Source: Carcharhinus longimanus
Taxonomy: Eukaryota
Direction of reading: 5' to 3'
Length of the DNA: 64,000 nt
Assembly (NCBI GenBank): GCA_030264375.1
Contig: JASCQW010000132.1
Location: forward strand, 131,801,900 to 131,865,899
Shown: one piece after another, positions 25,695-38,023 of the stretch
Layout: each line of letters opens with the position of its first letter
Numbering within the stretch: the stretch's first letter is position 1
Notes under the pieces: model-generated
Database searches by the model: none
What the model was told of the DNA's origin: nothing
What the model saw: the letters and a program-made list of their open reading frames with translations, nothing else
Program-made: the position numbers and the translations under genes

Positions 25695-26987
25695 GTTGAC
25701 AAGGATCTCAAAACCCCAGAACTATTTGCTGCTAACAACAGCAGCGCATTAAAGATCCAGTGAAGTATAAAGATAGCTGCCCTTAAAATGATGCAAGTGG
25801 CTTTTATTGTTCATTTCTTCTCAGAATAGAATATCGTCATATGCTTCAAGTGAATTTATTCATTCATTCGTGGGACATGGACGTCATTGGCTAGGCCAGC
25901 ATTTATTGCCCATTCCTGGTTGCCCTTGAACTGAGTGGCTTGCTTGGCCTTTTCAGAGGGCAAGTTGAGAGTCACCCACATTGCTGTGGCTCTGGAGTCA
26001 CATGTAGGCCAGACTGGGTAACAACAGCAGATTCCCTTCCCTAAAGGACATTAATGAACCAGATGGGTTTTTACAACAATGGTTTCACGGTCAGCAGTAG
26101 ATTCTTAATTCCAGATTTTTTTATTGAACACAGATTCCACCATCTGCTGTTGCAGGATTCAAACCCAAGTCACCAGAACGTGAGCTGATTTTCTGCATTA
26201 ATAATCCAGTGATAATACCATGAGGCCATCGCCTCTCCCTAGTTCGGTGTTGGAACTCCCAGGAAAATTTAGGCAATTTTTGAACAGTTTGCTCCACTCT
26301 GCAATGAGATGCCATGAAGCAATCAATTTGCAAAGGAGATACTTTTTGAGGCTTTTTAACTTCCTTTTAGAGTAATGAAAGAAAATATAAAATTATTATT
26401 TGTATCTTTAAACTCATCCATTTTAATTTACTGTTTCTTATTTAAGATTCTCTCCTGATTCCTCCTCCTCGCAGAATTTGATTGTATTTTTAGATTATGA
26501 GCGATCAGTCATCCGTTGTTTTTGATTTCCCCTATTGCACACACTTCATGTTACGCATTGTCCCTGTTCCAGCTTTTCGGGGTGATTTAATTTGCTTTGA
26601 TGACTCAATAAGTTGGTATTTGTCATGGTTTGTTTTCACTTACTTGCAGGCACTGTTAGACATTAGAAGGTGCATTCGGTTCCAGTCAGCTATTACATTC
26701 CACAGACGCTCAGTGTTGGAAATCTGATGCGAGCATATTCAAACTGCTACTATATGTAAGAGCAGTGAAAGCACTTAATGCATTCAGGCATTGAATTATT
26801 TTACATGCAGCATAAATCATTAATAAAATTCCATGATAATGAAACTTCCAGCATCTAGTCTGCAATGTGATTATTTTCTGGAATCTCAGTTTTTTGGGAA
26901 AGTGAAACGGAATTGGAAACTAACAAAAGAAGAATTAAAAAACTAAACCTTGACAGTGAAAAAAGTCAGGGTAGCTTAAACATTGAA

Positions 26988-27297
26988 CAGCACAGTGATT
27001 CGCACTGCTTTCTCACAGTACCAGGGATCAGAGTTCAATTCCAGCCTCGGGTCACTGTCTGTGTAGAGTTTGCACATTCTCCCTGTGTCTGCATGGGTTT
27101 CCTCTGGGTACTCCAGTTTCCTCCCTCACTCCAAATATGTGCAGGTTAGGTTGATTGGACATGTTAAATTGTCCCTCAGTGTCAGGGGGAGTGGCAGGAT
27201 AAATACATGGGATTATGGGAATAGGGCCTGAGAGGGATTGTTTTCAGTGCAGACTTAATGGGCCAAATAGCCTCCTTCTGCACTGTAGGATTCTATG
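26988..27297 (+). mobile_element. HE1-like V-SINE with CR1-type tail; copies at 3646(-), 17550, 24315, 36069, 37178, 37427, 41036(-), 44132(-), 45000(-), 53162, 56518, 56668(-), 57897, 58838(-), 59612
   Basis: A/B-box tRNA head (ggttcaattcc), V core, tail ..ctgcactgtagg(g)attctatg. Confidence 0.85.
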
Positions 27298-27860
27298 AAA
27301 CAAAAACAGAAAACGCCAGAGAAATTCAGCAGGTCTGAGAGCGTCTGTGGAGAGAGAATAGAGCCAACGTTGAGTCTGGATGATCATTTGTCAGAGCAGA
27401 GATGAATGGAAATGCTCAGTTTTCTGCTAACTGTCCATCTTCCTCAACAATTTGCTTTTGCATAGTCCTTTCCACATATTAAACATCCATGAACCTCCTC
27501 CTCCTACTTATTGTTTGTAGGTGCTGGTAAGGGCTGGTTCCTCATTATAACAAGCTTGTGAAATATGCGACAGAAGACTACAAATCGAGAAACCCACACA
27601 GCGGAGTCAAAAGGTCTCGGCTGTGGAAGCCGTGATTGAGGGTCCAGAGTGCTTGTTCAATGATGGTTCTGATCTTGCTGTATTCCCGCTGTGCAAGGAT
27701 TGTTAACGGGAGTCATGAGCCATGTGTGTTCCAGCTTTAACTGGTAACAGCTTTTAATACAATGAATGGAATCACAGGAATGGTCAGTGGAACAAAATCA
27801 GCAACTTTTTAACCAAAAGACAGCCTCTAACTGGGAAAGCTGATTGGGATATAGAGTAGC

Positions 27861-28090
27861 CATGATGTGGAGATGCCGGTGTTGGACTGGGGTAAACACA
27901 GTAAGAAATCTCACAACACCAGGTTAAAGTCCAACAGGTTTACTTGGTAGCAGAAGCCACTAGCTTTCAGAGCGCTGCCCCGATGAAGGGGCCCCTAATT
28001 ACCTGATGAAGTCATCGCTCCGAAAGCTAGTGGCTTGTGCTACCAAATAAACCTGTTGGACTTTAACCTGGTGTTGTGAAACTCCTTACT
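27861..28090. mobile_element. Penelope-derived fold-back element (same family)
   Basis: Long near-perfect inverted repeat tcacaacaccaggttaaagtccaacaggttta.. / ..taaacctgttggactttaacctggtgttgtga; damaged hammerhead near 28000-28032. Confidence 0.8.
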
Positions 28091-28667
28091 GGGATATAAG
28101 GGCCAGAAAGGATTCACGATTACTGCTAGATTGGTGAGCATTGGCCTACGTTACATGTTTCCTATTAATAAAGATTGTCGATTTCTCATGAGGACTGTGT
28201 AAAGGAGCCACTTTCAGGAACTTTAAACTCTGGATTTCAAGAAACAAGAATTCATGTGCAGCCCTTAACTCAGAAAAACAAATGGTGATCGCAAAACCTT
28301 CAAAAAATTCCTGGAAACCAATATAATAAAAACTCAGTCAATCCCCTTGTGTAAGAGTCACAAACGATGCACATTTATCAAGTGTTTCTCAAAGACATAT
28401 TCTTTCTTTTGATGTGTTGACTCTCTAGCATTGCATAAGCTCTTCATCAGCTTTGCGAGTTTTAATGTATCTGAACATCCAGGAGGGAATGGTCATACCA
28501 GAAAGTAAAGAGGGAAACAGCGGGAAAAAAAATCTTCCTTGGTGGTGGGATCGTGTTTTAGGACATGCGAGACACCGCTTGGAGAAAAAGACATTTACAA
28601 AAATTAAGGGGAAATAGATCTTGTAAAATGAGTTCAGTCTGAGACCGCGATTTTCTAGGCAAATATA

Positions 28668-28673
28668 TTTATT
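28668..28673 (-). terminator. Candidate TOPBP1 poly(A) signal
   Basis: TTTATT on + (AATAAA on -) ~300 nt past the stop. Confidence 0.45.
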
Positions 28674-28970
28674 TAAAATACAATTGAGAAAAGTAGATGA
28701 CTATTTACCTTCTGTTTCTTCGGCAAACCCAGGAGGCTTGACAAATATTCAAGTTGGACAACATGCACCTTACAGTGCTGGAAATAAAATGCCCGATTTT
28801 ATCAATCAGTTTTGACGCTATTTTAGTATTGGAATACCCTACTGACAAATGTATTGAATCTACCACAGCACTGAGATATGAGGGCACAAAACCCTATCCT
28901 TTGTCAGACAGTAATTTCTTGTGATTGAGTGGCATATATCAGAAAAGGGAAGTACAGGCTTCAAGAAACC

Positions 28971-29084
28971 TCAATTCTTTCTACACTTTCTTGGATCAGA
29001 ATTATCTTCAGATAATTTCCGTTTACGAGTTCCCATTCCAGACTCCTCAGAAAGATAGTAATTCTCAACCGGAGGGGGATTCTC
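28971..29084 (-). CDS. TOPBP1: TOPBP1 last coding exon with NLS-like tail
   Basis: attcag|ENPPPVENYYLSEESGMGTRKRKLSEDNSDPRKCRKN-TGA. Confidence 0.93.
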   Translation of the reverse strand, partial: ENPPPVENYYLSEESGMGTRKRKLSEDNSDPRKCRKN

Positions 29085-29214
29085 CTGAATAAGGGGAAAA
29101 AAGCACAATAATCGGACAGTTTAGACTCCATCCCAACAAGACATTAATAACCAGAATAACTCAACAACTGTGACCTCCTTCCAGCTGGCATGGAATTTGA
29201 CAGATCTTATTGAG

Positions 29215-29600
29215 ATTCTCTTATTGAGAATCTTATTGAGATGTACATGATTCTCAGGGGGCTTGCCAGGGTCGATGCTGAGAAGATGTTTCCCTTTGTG
29301 GGACAGTCTAGGACCAGAGGGTATAATCTCAGAGTAAGGGGATCGTCCCATACAAGATAGATGAGGAGGTATTTCTTCTCTCAGAGGGTAGTTATTCTGT
29401 GGAATTCTTTACCAGAGTGCTCTAGAGGGCTGGGTGGTTAGGCTGAGGTAGACAGATTTTAATCAGTAAGGGAGTCAAAGGCTATGGGGATAAGGCAGGA
29501 AAGTAAGAGTTGAGGATTATATCAGATCAACCATGATCTCATTGAATGGCAGTTCAGACTTGAAGTGCTGAATGGCTTACTTCTGTTCCTACATCTTCTG
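29215..29600 (+). mobile_element. CR1-like LINE 3' fragment
   Basis: gatgtttcc..tctaggaccagagggtataatctcagagtaagg..ttcttctctcagagggta. Confidence 0.75.
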
Positions 29601-30454
29601 ACCTTTTGGGGAAACAGATCAGACGTATGGACCCTTTTAAAGAACCAGCAATGGGCCAAGTGACTTCCTTCTGTGAGCTATGATTTTATTAAGTGCTACG
29701 CAGGCACTGTATATACCAGGTCTGCTGCACTCAGGGCGAACAGGAACATGTACATTCATTCGGGATTTACATACAGGTAGATCCAAACCACAGAAATTTT
29801 CATTGCTGGCCCAACTGACAAAATGTGACCAAAATATACTGAGTACTGCTCAAAGATTAAATTATATGCGCAAGTTTCCATGTTAAATTATTGGCAAAAA
29901 CTCGCAAGTAAACTCCCCCTGGAATCGACGTAGTGTATTTCTGACTGGAACAGCTGGGGTCATTAAAAAAGGGCATTGATCGAAATTAAAGAACACAATT
30001 TAAGACACTCTTTCTTCTTTGCAAATCAGTGTGAAGCCTCACATCCTGCCTTTATAGTTAGTAAAGCAGTGGGTAATCTTAAACAGTAAAGCAGTGGCAA
30101 CCTAAGCAGTCTGAACATTGACTTCAGTGAATTTTCCAGTGCAATTGTTGCAACAAGTAATCTTTGTGTGTGCAAGTAGATCTTACTTTCCGTAATGATC
30201 AATGAGAAATTCTAATTACTGAGCAATATGCAAAGTAGTCTGAAAGTATTTGTACATTTTCATCCCTGTTAATGACTGATAACAGAAGACAGAAAGGACA
30301 CCTGCAAGACATCATCGGACTTTGTGAAGGAAGTCCTTCAGGCCTTTCTCAGTGAGATGGAGAGGAAGATTGCTTGCCTCAGTTGAAGGTAAGTCTTCAC
30401 ACGCAGCGAGGGGATGAGGTGGTGGAACTGTTTGGTGCATGGCAATGTAATGGC

Positions 30455-30930
30455 ATTGGAGGCAGTTCAGAGGAGGTTCATTAGATTGATTACAGATATT
30501 TGTCGTATGAAGAGAGATCGAACAGTTTAGGCCTATACTCTCTGGAATTTAGAAGAACGAAGGGAGATCAAATTGAGGTATACAAGATGATAAAAGATGG
30601 ATAAAGTAGACATGGAGCGGATGCTTCCTCTTGTGGGGCATTCTAGGATGAGAGATCGTAATTTTAGGATAAGGAGTAGCAAATTTAAAACACAGTTGAG
30701 GAGAAACTATTTCTCCTAAAGGGTAGTGAATCTGTGGAATTTGCTATCCCATATTGCAGTGGATGCTGGGACAGTGAGTAAATTTAAAGAGGAGTTAGAC
30801 AGATTTTTAATTGAAGGGTTACAGGGAGAAGGCAGGAAAATAGGAATAAGGAGCTTATCAGCCATGATTGAATGGCGGAGCGGACTCGATGGGCCGAAAG
30901 GCCTAATTCTGCCACTATATCTTATGAACT
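30455..30930 (+). mobile_element. CR1-like LINE 3' fragment
   Basis: Typical CR1 ORF2 C-terminus (VVNLWN..) and tail. Confidence 0.75.
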
Positions 30931-32996
30931 ATTGACCAGAACATGATACGCAGAACAGCAGATTAGAGCAGCATGAGATTGAATGATTCGACAAGGTTGG
31001 GGAACGCGAGAAATTGATTTCCAATACTTACTGCCACATTCAATCTGTAAGACACAGGCAAAGCATCTGGACAAGCCAGCTATCCGAGGACAGAGAGATG
31101 GAAAACTTGTAACTTTTTTTTGATCTTCTCCTTTTATCTTTGTGGACCCAGAATGTACACAATGCCCAGAAGAGTGAAACATCAACTCCGAAACAGAAAT
31201 TAGAAGGAGTAGGCCGTTTGGCCTTTTGAGCCTACTCCGCCATTCATTTTGACCATGGCTAACCATCAAATTCAATATCTTGATCTCGCCTTCCCCCCAT
31301 ATCCCTTCCTCCCTGTAGCCCCAATAGAAACATATGCTTGTGATGTACTGCCTGAAAGTTATAGTTTCAGCTCAGTTTATCACTGCAATAGCTCATTTCA
31401 TTTGGGAGAGAAGCTAAAGCCCAAGGCATCTGCAGAGAATCACTGGATACGGGATGGAGAGTGAAGCTATCAGCATGAACTGAAAGCTTTTGAGTGGCTT
31501 TCAAAAGGGAATTAGATGCCTACTAGAAAGTGAAGATCTGCAGGGCCATGGTGAAAGTGCAAGGAATTGACTTTGTGGCTATCTTTTTCAAAGAGTCAAC
31601 TCAGGCATGATGGGCCAAATGGCCTCTTTCATTTGGTGTTTATGTTCCAAATGAGTTTCCTGCCACTCCTCCCCATCTCACTCTATCAGCAAATCCTTTC
31701 TTCCTCATGAATCTTTCTAGCTTCCTCTTAAATGCATCTAATCTATGTATTCACCCCAACTACTATTCTTTGGGTAGAGAATTTTTGCTGAATTCCTTAT
31801 TTGATTAAATGGGCAACTACCATATATTTATGCTCCTTACTTTCCTTTGGTATTGGCTAAAACCCAGTTTGCCGTTGGTTGCAACTTTTAAAATTGTACT
31901 TCCGATTCCAGAGTCCTAACTGAACATCTAAATTGCCCCCAACCCCAAAAGAACACTGCTTCTCACCTTCTCTAAGCCTAAGTAACTACCCTCGAGTCCC
32001 TACTCTGTAGCCAGTTTGCAATATATTCTGCTCATCACCGTGCCCCCCCCCCCACACCCCGATTTCACATTTCATATTAGTAATANNNNNNNNNNNNNNN
32101 NNNNNNNNNNNNNCTCCATGACCCATATCTAAACTTTTGTTAAGTCTTCAAATAATTCAGTAATGTTAACCAAAGCAGGAGCTTTCTTTTCAAATCTATG
32201 CTGGCTACTCTTCATTATGAAACTCTTGTGGCTCTTCTGCCTCTGAGCCAGAAGCCTGCATGTTCAACGTTCTGCTCCAGGGCTTGTCAGCTGTGGACAG
32301 AGTGGTCCAAACAGACTGTGACCAGTCTGCTTTCCCACTATTCCCGAAGGGGATAGACTGCATGCAAAGATAAGAAATGAACTATTGTGTAATTCTATGA
32401 TTGCACAGTATGGAATTTGGCTGGAACAGTTTTTGTGAATAAAGCTACTCCTGGATGACTCGAAGATGCATTTGAGTTATTTCCGAATGAACTGCCACGT
32501 GGGCATACAAACTTTTAAATTTTTGGAAAATAAGTCACAAAATAGTATGCTTGAAACAACTTGAAACCAAACTAAAATGGATTAGATGAAAAATCAAGTG
32601 AAACCTCCTTCTAGTAATTGAAGACAACAAACAGAACTAACTATGCGATTTTGCTATGACAGACATAAAAACGACAGAGCTAAAAAATATCACTGAAGTT
32701 GCTAAAAATTGTCCACTAAAATAGAAATTTTAGAAAATAAAGCAGCTGGTCTGTCAGGATTTGTAAAGAGCAAAGTTAGGTTAAAGCTTTGGCTGATAGG
32801 TCAAACTTTGACAAAGAGTCTACATCCAAAGCATTAGACAGTTCTGGATCTGAAGGTTGTCCTAATTGTTTATACATCCACTAATAGGTTAATAATATAA
32901 AATATTTTTGTTGCTGAACTCCCAAGTCCAGTACAGCTATTAGTCTAAGCATCTATATCACATAACTTCACAGAAGATTTAGAATGCAGGACAAAC

Positions 32997-33158
32997 CTGT
33001 ATGAGATAGTCTGCAATATATTCTGGTTTGAGACACAACACATTATGTTTAAGAGCCTCAGCCACATTCACTCTTGGGTCCTCTGGTTTTAGTTTGCTGA
33101 AATCGGCAAACAGATGAGTGGCTTCTTTGTATTCCATTAGCAAATGACTGGGAAGCAC
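32997..33158 (-). CDS. TOPBP1: TOPBP1 exon (~27), BRCT8
   Basis: ttccag|[54 protein letters not shown]|gtttgt. Confidence 0.97.
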
Positions 33159-33410
33159 CTGGAATATGAGAAGGTTACATCATCAGTTATGAATACAAGA
33201 TAATATTAAGCCCAAGTTGTCTCCATCAATTTTGGATTACTTATGGTATCCTTTAAATTAAGTTTATGGTTGTGTATTCATTCCATCATGGGGCAGGTAG
33301 GGAAGGGCGCAAATGGTTTTTGTAGGTGGGAATGAGCCTGAGATGACAGTCCCAAGAACTCCTGACCATACAAAAGTAGGTTTTACACTTACTATGATGA
33401 GGAGATGGGC

Positions 33411-34066
33411 ACAGTAAGAAGCATCACAACACCAGTTTAAAGTCTAACTGGGTGATTTGGTAGCACAAGCTTTTGGAGCGTTGCCCCTTCATCAGGTGAG
33501 TGAAGAGCTCGGTTCACAAACACAGCATTTATAGAAACATGGTACATTGGTGAGGCGACGCAGACGCTACGACAATGGGTGAATGGACACCGCTCGACAA
33601 TCACCAGGCAGGACTGTTCCCTTCCTGTCGGGGTACACTTCAGCAGTTGAGGACATTCAGCCTCTGATCTTCATGTAAGCGTTCTCCAAGGCAGCCTTCA
33701 AGACACATGACAACACAGAATTGCTGAGCAGAAACTGATAGCTAAGTTCTGCACACCGGGATCTTGGGTTCATGCCACACTACCTGTAACCCCCACGACT
33801 TGCCTGGGCTTGCAAAATCTCACTAACTGTCCTAGCTTGAGACAATTCACATCTCTTTAACTTGTGCTTAACCCTCTCCACTCGCATTGTCTGTACCTGT
33901 AAAGGCTCGCATTCCAACCATTATCTTGCAATTGAGTCTGTGTCTATATATGCTCTGTTTGTGAACCTAACCCTCCACTTACCTGATGAAGGAGCAGCGC
34001 TCCGAAAGCTCGTGCTACCAAATAAATCTGTTGGATTTTAACCTGGTGCTGTATTGTGCTTCTTAT
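33411..34066 (+). mobile_element. Penelope-like element: GIY-YIG fragment between inverted terminal repeats
   Basis: From ~33540: WYIGEATQTLRQWVNGHRSTITRQDCSLPVGVHFSS*GHSASDLHVSVLQG..EQKLIAKF; ends are inverted copies of one another. Confidence 0.85.
33980..34014 (+). ncRNA. Minimal type I hammerhead ribozyme motif (Penelope-associated)
   Basis: TAC-CTGATGA-A-GGAGC(agc)GCTCC-GAA-AGCT-C-GTG: core boxes, 5-bp stem II, palindromic stem III, CUC cleavage triplet. Confidence 0.7.
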
Positions 34067-34870
34067 TATACTTACCATACTAGGCAGTAAGTGTGTTAAA
34101 TGACAGGAACCCAATTTATGAGGGTCCCACTCAAGTCAGGCAGGCACTTTAGTCACGTAAGAAAGCAAGTGATAAAGTAGCCGGGGGTGAAAAATGGGTG
34201 GCAAGGCTACTCTCATTAATTTGACTTCTGTTGCATCCAGGTTTTGCCAGGTGGAGGAAGTTAAAATGTCCCCTAAGACCAAGATACAAAGTCCAAACTT
34301 TATTCTGAAAGTGGAGTATGAGATTTTGCTAAGACAGATAAAACAGCACAGCTGCAAAAAGTGGAAATTGTGCAGAATCAGGAAGGTATCAGCAGGAAAA
34401 CCCCATGCAAACACATTGCATAGAAATGTCAGGAATGTTTCAGCTTTCTAACATTCATGATTAAGTTGTGATTTATGTTGAGTTTTTTTGAACATATATG
34501 CTCAATGGTTCAAAGGCTGCCAGAACATTAGGTAACTTTTGATAGACTAGTTTCTTTCTTGTACTTGCTGGTTGTAAATGATAGCTTTTGATTACTTGGT
34601 TTTGTACTGATTATCAGTTCCTCAATCCACATGCTACCTGAGTAAATTTGCTCATGTTAATCGGAGTGGATATCTGAAGAATAACTGCAGAGTGAATATC
34701 TCATACAATCTAGAATACTGGCCCTACAGAGATGTTACTGAACGCAGGATTTATGAGATGTTCTTCACGGACATGTGCCAAACGGAAGCTGGTTAAATGG
34801 ATGAACAAATTATACATGCAAGCAATACAAGATATTCGGAAACTAACAGAGTCATGATAAAATAACTAAC

Positions 34871-34963
34871 CTTGGCTCCACCTGACATCAGAAGTCGCCG
34901 GAAGCCTGCCTCCTTGGCATGATCAAAGTTTAAAATAACTTTCCAACCAGTAAATGCACCAAC
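34871..34963 (-). CDS. TOPBP1: TOPBP1 exon (~26), BRCT8
   Basis: ctgtag|[31 protein letters not shown]|gttagt. Confidence 0.97.
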
Positions 34964-36708
34964 CTACAGAGGCAAAGCAGATGTTAATTTAGTCAAATAT
35001 TACGTATGTTCTGAATTAATTCCCTTAAAAAAGTGGAGCATTTCTCTTTCTGCAAGTTTATTTGAAGTCATTATTGCTTCAAAGGTTTATATTGAAAGCT
35101 TGGAAATGATTTTTAACAATAAATGCAGCAATATTTTACCTTTGCTGTACATTGTTTTGTGTCAACGGAACAAAATGCTGATCTTCTGGGCTAATTCTAT
35201 ATCCTTCCATCCTTTTTTCACTGCAGTAGCTAGGTTTCCCTTCCGCAACGCTTGGAAAAGCAACACTTTGCGATAATTCAATCTTGTGGACTCCGTCACT
35301 TTAGATATTAGTTTAGTTTATTTATTAGTGTCATAAGTAGGCTTACATTAACACTGCAGTGAAGTTAGTGAAAATTCCCTAGTTGCCATACTCCAGTGTC
35401 TGTTCGGGTACACTGAGGGAGAATTTAGCGTGGCCAATGTACCTAACCAGCATGTCTTTCAGACTATGGGAGGAAACGGAGCACCTGGACAAAACCCACG
35501 CAGACACAGGGGGAACATGCAAGCTCCATACAGACAGTCACCCAAGCCAGGAATCAAACCAGGGTCCCTGGTGCTGACAGGCAGCAGTGCTATCCACTGT
35601 ACTGTGCCACCATGTCTTTACCAGATGTCACTAAGATCAAAAGGTGCAAGGTGTTTCTTTTCAAGTTGCTACATTGGGAGAATAAAACCTCCTCATCTGG
35701 TAGACTAAGACATGTGTCTTCAGGGAAGAGTGAGAGTTTAAGAATCACTGTTTGCAAATTTAGTATGGAAATGTTAAAATCGTTTTGGCTGAATCTTCCC
35801 TAGTACACGGAATAACTTTACGTCCAGAAAAGTTATGCGTCCTTTCAATGAGACTCTTAATGTATACCTGTTAAGTACTACTAAGAGATGGAGAGGGAAT
35901 GTGACTATCCAGACTTGAAACGTTGGCTCTGTTCTCTCCATGGGTGCTGTCAGGCCTGCTGGAATTTTCCAGCATTTTTTGTTTTTGTTCTTGTTCCATT
36001 TAAGATAGATCCATCTTCACTTGAAGCCTGGTTTTCAACCTTATTTCAATTTCTGCTCATGGTAGCTTTAGATGTGTGGGTTAGTTTGATTGGCCGTAGT
36101 AAGTTAACCTTAGTGATTGGCAGGTGAATATGTGGGGTTACAGGAATAGGGCCTGGGTGGGATTGTGGTGCACAGATTTGATTGGCGGAATGGCCTCCTA
36201 TTGCACTGTAGGATTATATGTTATGTTACATGCAGCAGATTATCATTAGAACTCTGACTAACAAACACCTATCAGCTGAGTATCACGTGCCCCAATCAGG
36301 AGCCACACTCCACAATTTCAGCACGTTCTGAATCCAAACCAACAGTTCAGTGCCAGATCATGAGATTACAATGCTCGGTGTTGGCTCCCATGGCAGTATT
36401 GAAAAAGCAAGGACCTCTCCCAGTGTAAACAGCCAACATTTGTCCCTCAAACACTACAAAAACAGATTCAACAGCAACTTTACCTTCATTGTGGTTTCTT
36501 GCACTTTGCAGTGCATAAAGTTTTGCTGCGTTTGCTTAAAAATCATAACTGCACTTCAAAAAGTGATTCATTGCACGAGTGCTTTATATGGGTGCAAGTG
36601 TATTCTCTTTCAAAAGGCAAATTTCTTCTTGCATATGTTTTGATATTGTGCTTACACTCGTCCACATTCACTTCCCGCTTTGTTGGTACTTCTTATCTTC
36701 AAAGAGTT

Positions 36709-36999
36709 TTTTTTGTTTTTATTCCGATTCAATCAAATCAAGTCCAATTCAGAGTCTCAACAAGTTGAGACATTCCTGATCCAAGCTGACAAGACAGGGC
36801 TCTCACCTCCTGTCTTGGGTTTGATCAAGCTGACTGGAGATTAGGCATTGCTACCCTCCAAGGCTTGATTTCATTTGCATCGTAGTCAAAAGGCCGAGAT
36901 GCCGCTTTTAAACATTGCTTCAAATAAAGCCAAAATGTAACCTACTGGACTTCAACCAAGTACAGCATGTTGATACTACACTTGATCTTAGCCAAAAGG
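36709..36999 (-). mobile_element. U2 snRNA-headed retroposon with poly(A) tail and TSD
   Basis: 28/28 match to U2 nt 13-40 at 36972-36999; second U2-like segment 36879-36899; AATAAA plus A-tail; flanking direct repeat AAAGAGTT at 36701 and 37000. Confidence 0.85.
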
Positions 37000-37882
37000 A
37001 AAGAGTTGCTTTAATTAGTATTCACTGATAAGGAAAATTTCAACAGCTCCCTTGCCAAGATGTACAGAAACCCTGGAAATCCTAACCCCCACAAAGTGAC
37101 GCTCTATAATATCAACACAGCCCCATGTGTCTGGAACTGGTAATGCCAGCTGCTGTGGCTGTCCATCTACCAAGGTAATGTGTGGAGTTTGCACATTCTC
37201 TCCATGTCTGTACTGGTTTCCTCTGGGTGCACCGGTTTCCTTCCACAGTCCAAAGATGCGCAGGTTAGGTGCACTGGACATGCTAAATTGCCCCTTAGTG
37301 TCCCGGGATGCATAGATTAGAGGGATTAGCAGGGTAAATATATGGAGTCACAGGGATAAGTCCTGGGTAGGATTGTTGTCAGTGCAGACTCGATGGGCCA
37401 AATAGCCTTCCTCAGAAAAAGAAAAGGGCACATGGTGGTACAATGCTAGCGCTGCTGCCTCACAGCACCAGGGCCTGAGGTTCAATTCAGCCTCAAGTCA
37501 CTGTCCATATGGAGTTTGCACTTTCTCTCCATGTCTACATGGGTACTCCTGTTTCCTCCCACAGTCCAAAGATGTGCAGGTTAGGATGATTGGGCACTCT
37601 AAATTGACTCTTGTGTCAGGGGATTAGCAGGGTAAATGCATGGGGTTATGGGAATAGGGCCTGGGTGGGATTATGGTTGGTACAGGCTTGATGGGCCAAA
37701 TGGTGTCCTCCATACTATAGGGATTCTATGATTCTATAACATCCATGTTGGCCTCAACCATAGTGATAGTCCACCAGATTTTCTTGCACTCAGTGCACCA
37801 GTGATCCAGTAAGCCCAGGCAAAGGAACAGGCAAAGCTACCTAGATAACAGCATCAACGAACATAGTTCATCATGTCAGTAC

Positions 37883-38023
37883 CTCAGCATTAGCATCCTT
37901 TTGTCTCATCATCTCCAGATTCTTCCTCCATCTCATGGCTGCAACTGCAAGTTTCTTCTGTTGCACACTAATCCCAGGCAGCACATCCAAGATGGAACAG
38001 CTACCCCATTCATAGTTTTCCTC
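37883..38023 (-). CDS. TOPBP1: TOPBP1 exon (~25)
   Basis: tcacag|EENYEWGSCSILDVLPGISVQQKKLAVAAMRWRKNL...AE|gtactg. Confidence 0.97.

Noticed and set aside
36972-36999. Functional U2 snRNA gene
   Set aside because: Only nt 13-40 are present; no Sm site or 3' half, and it is bounded by a TSD.
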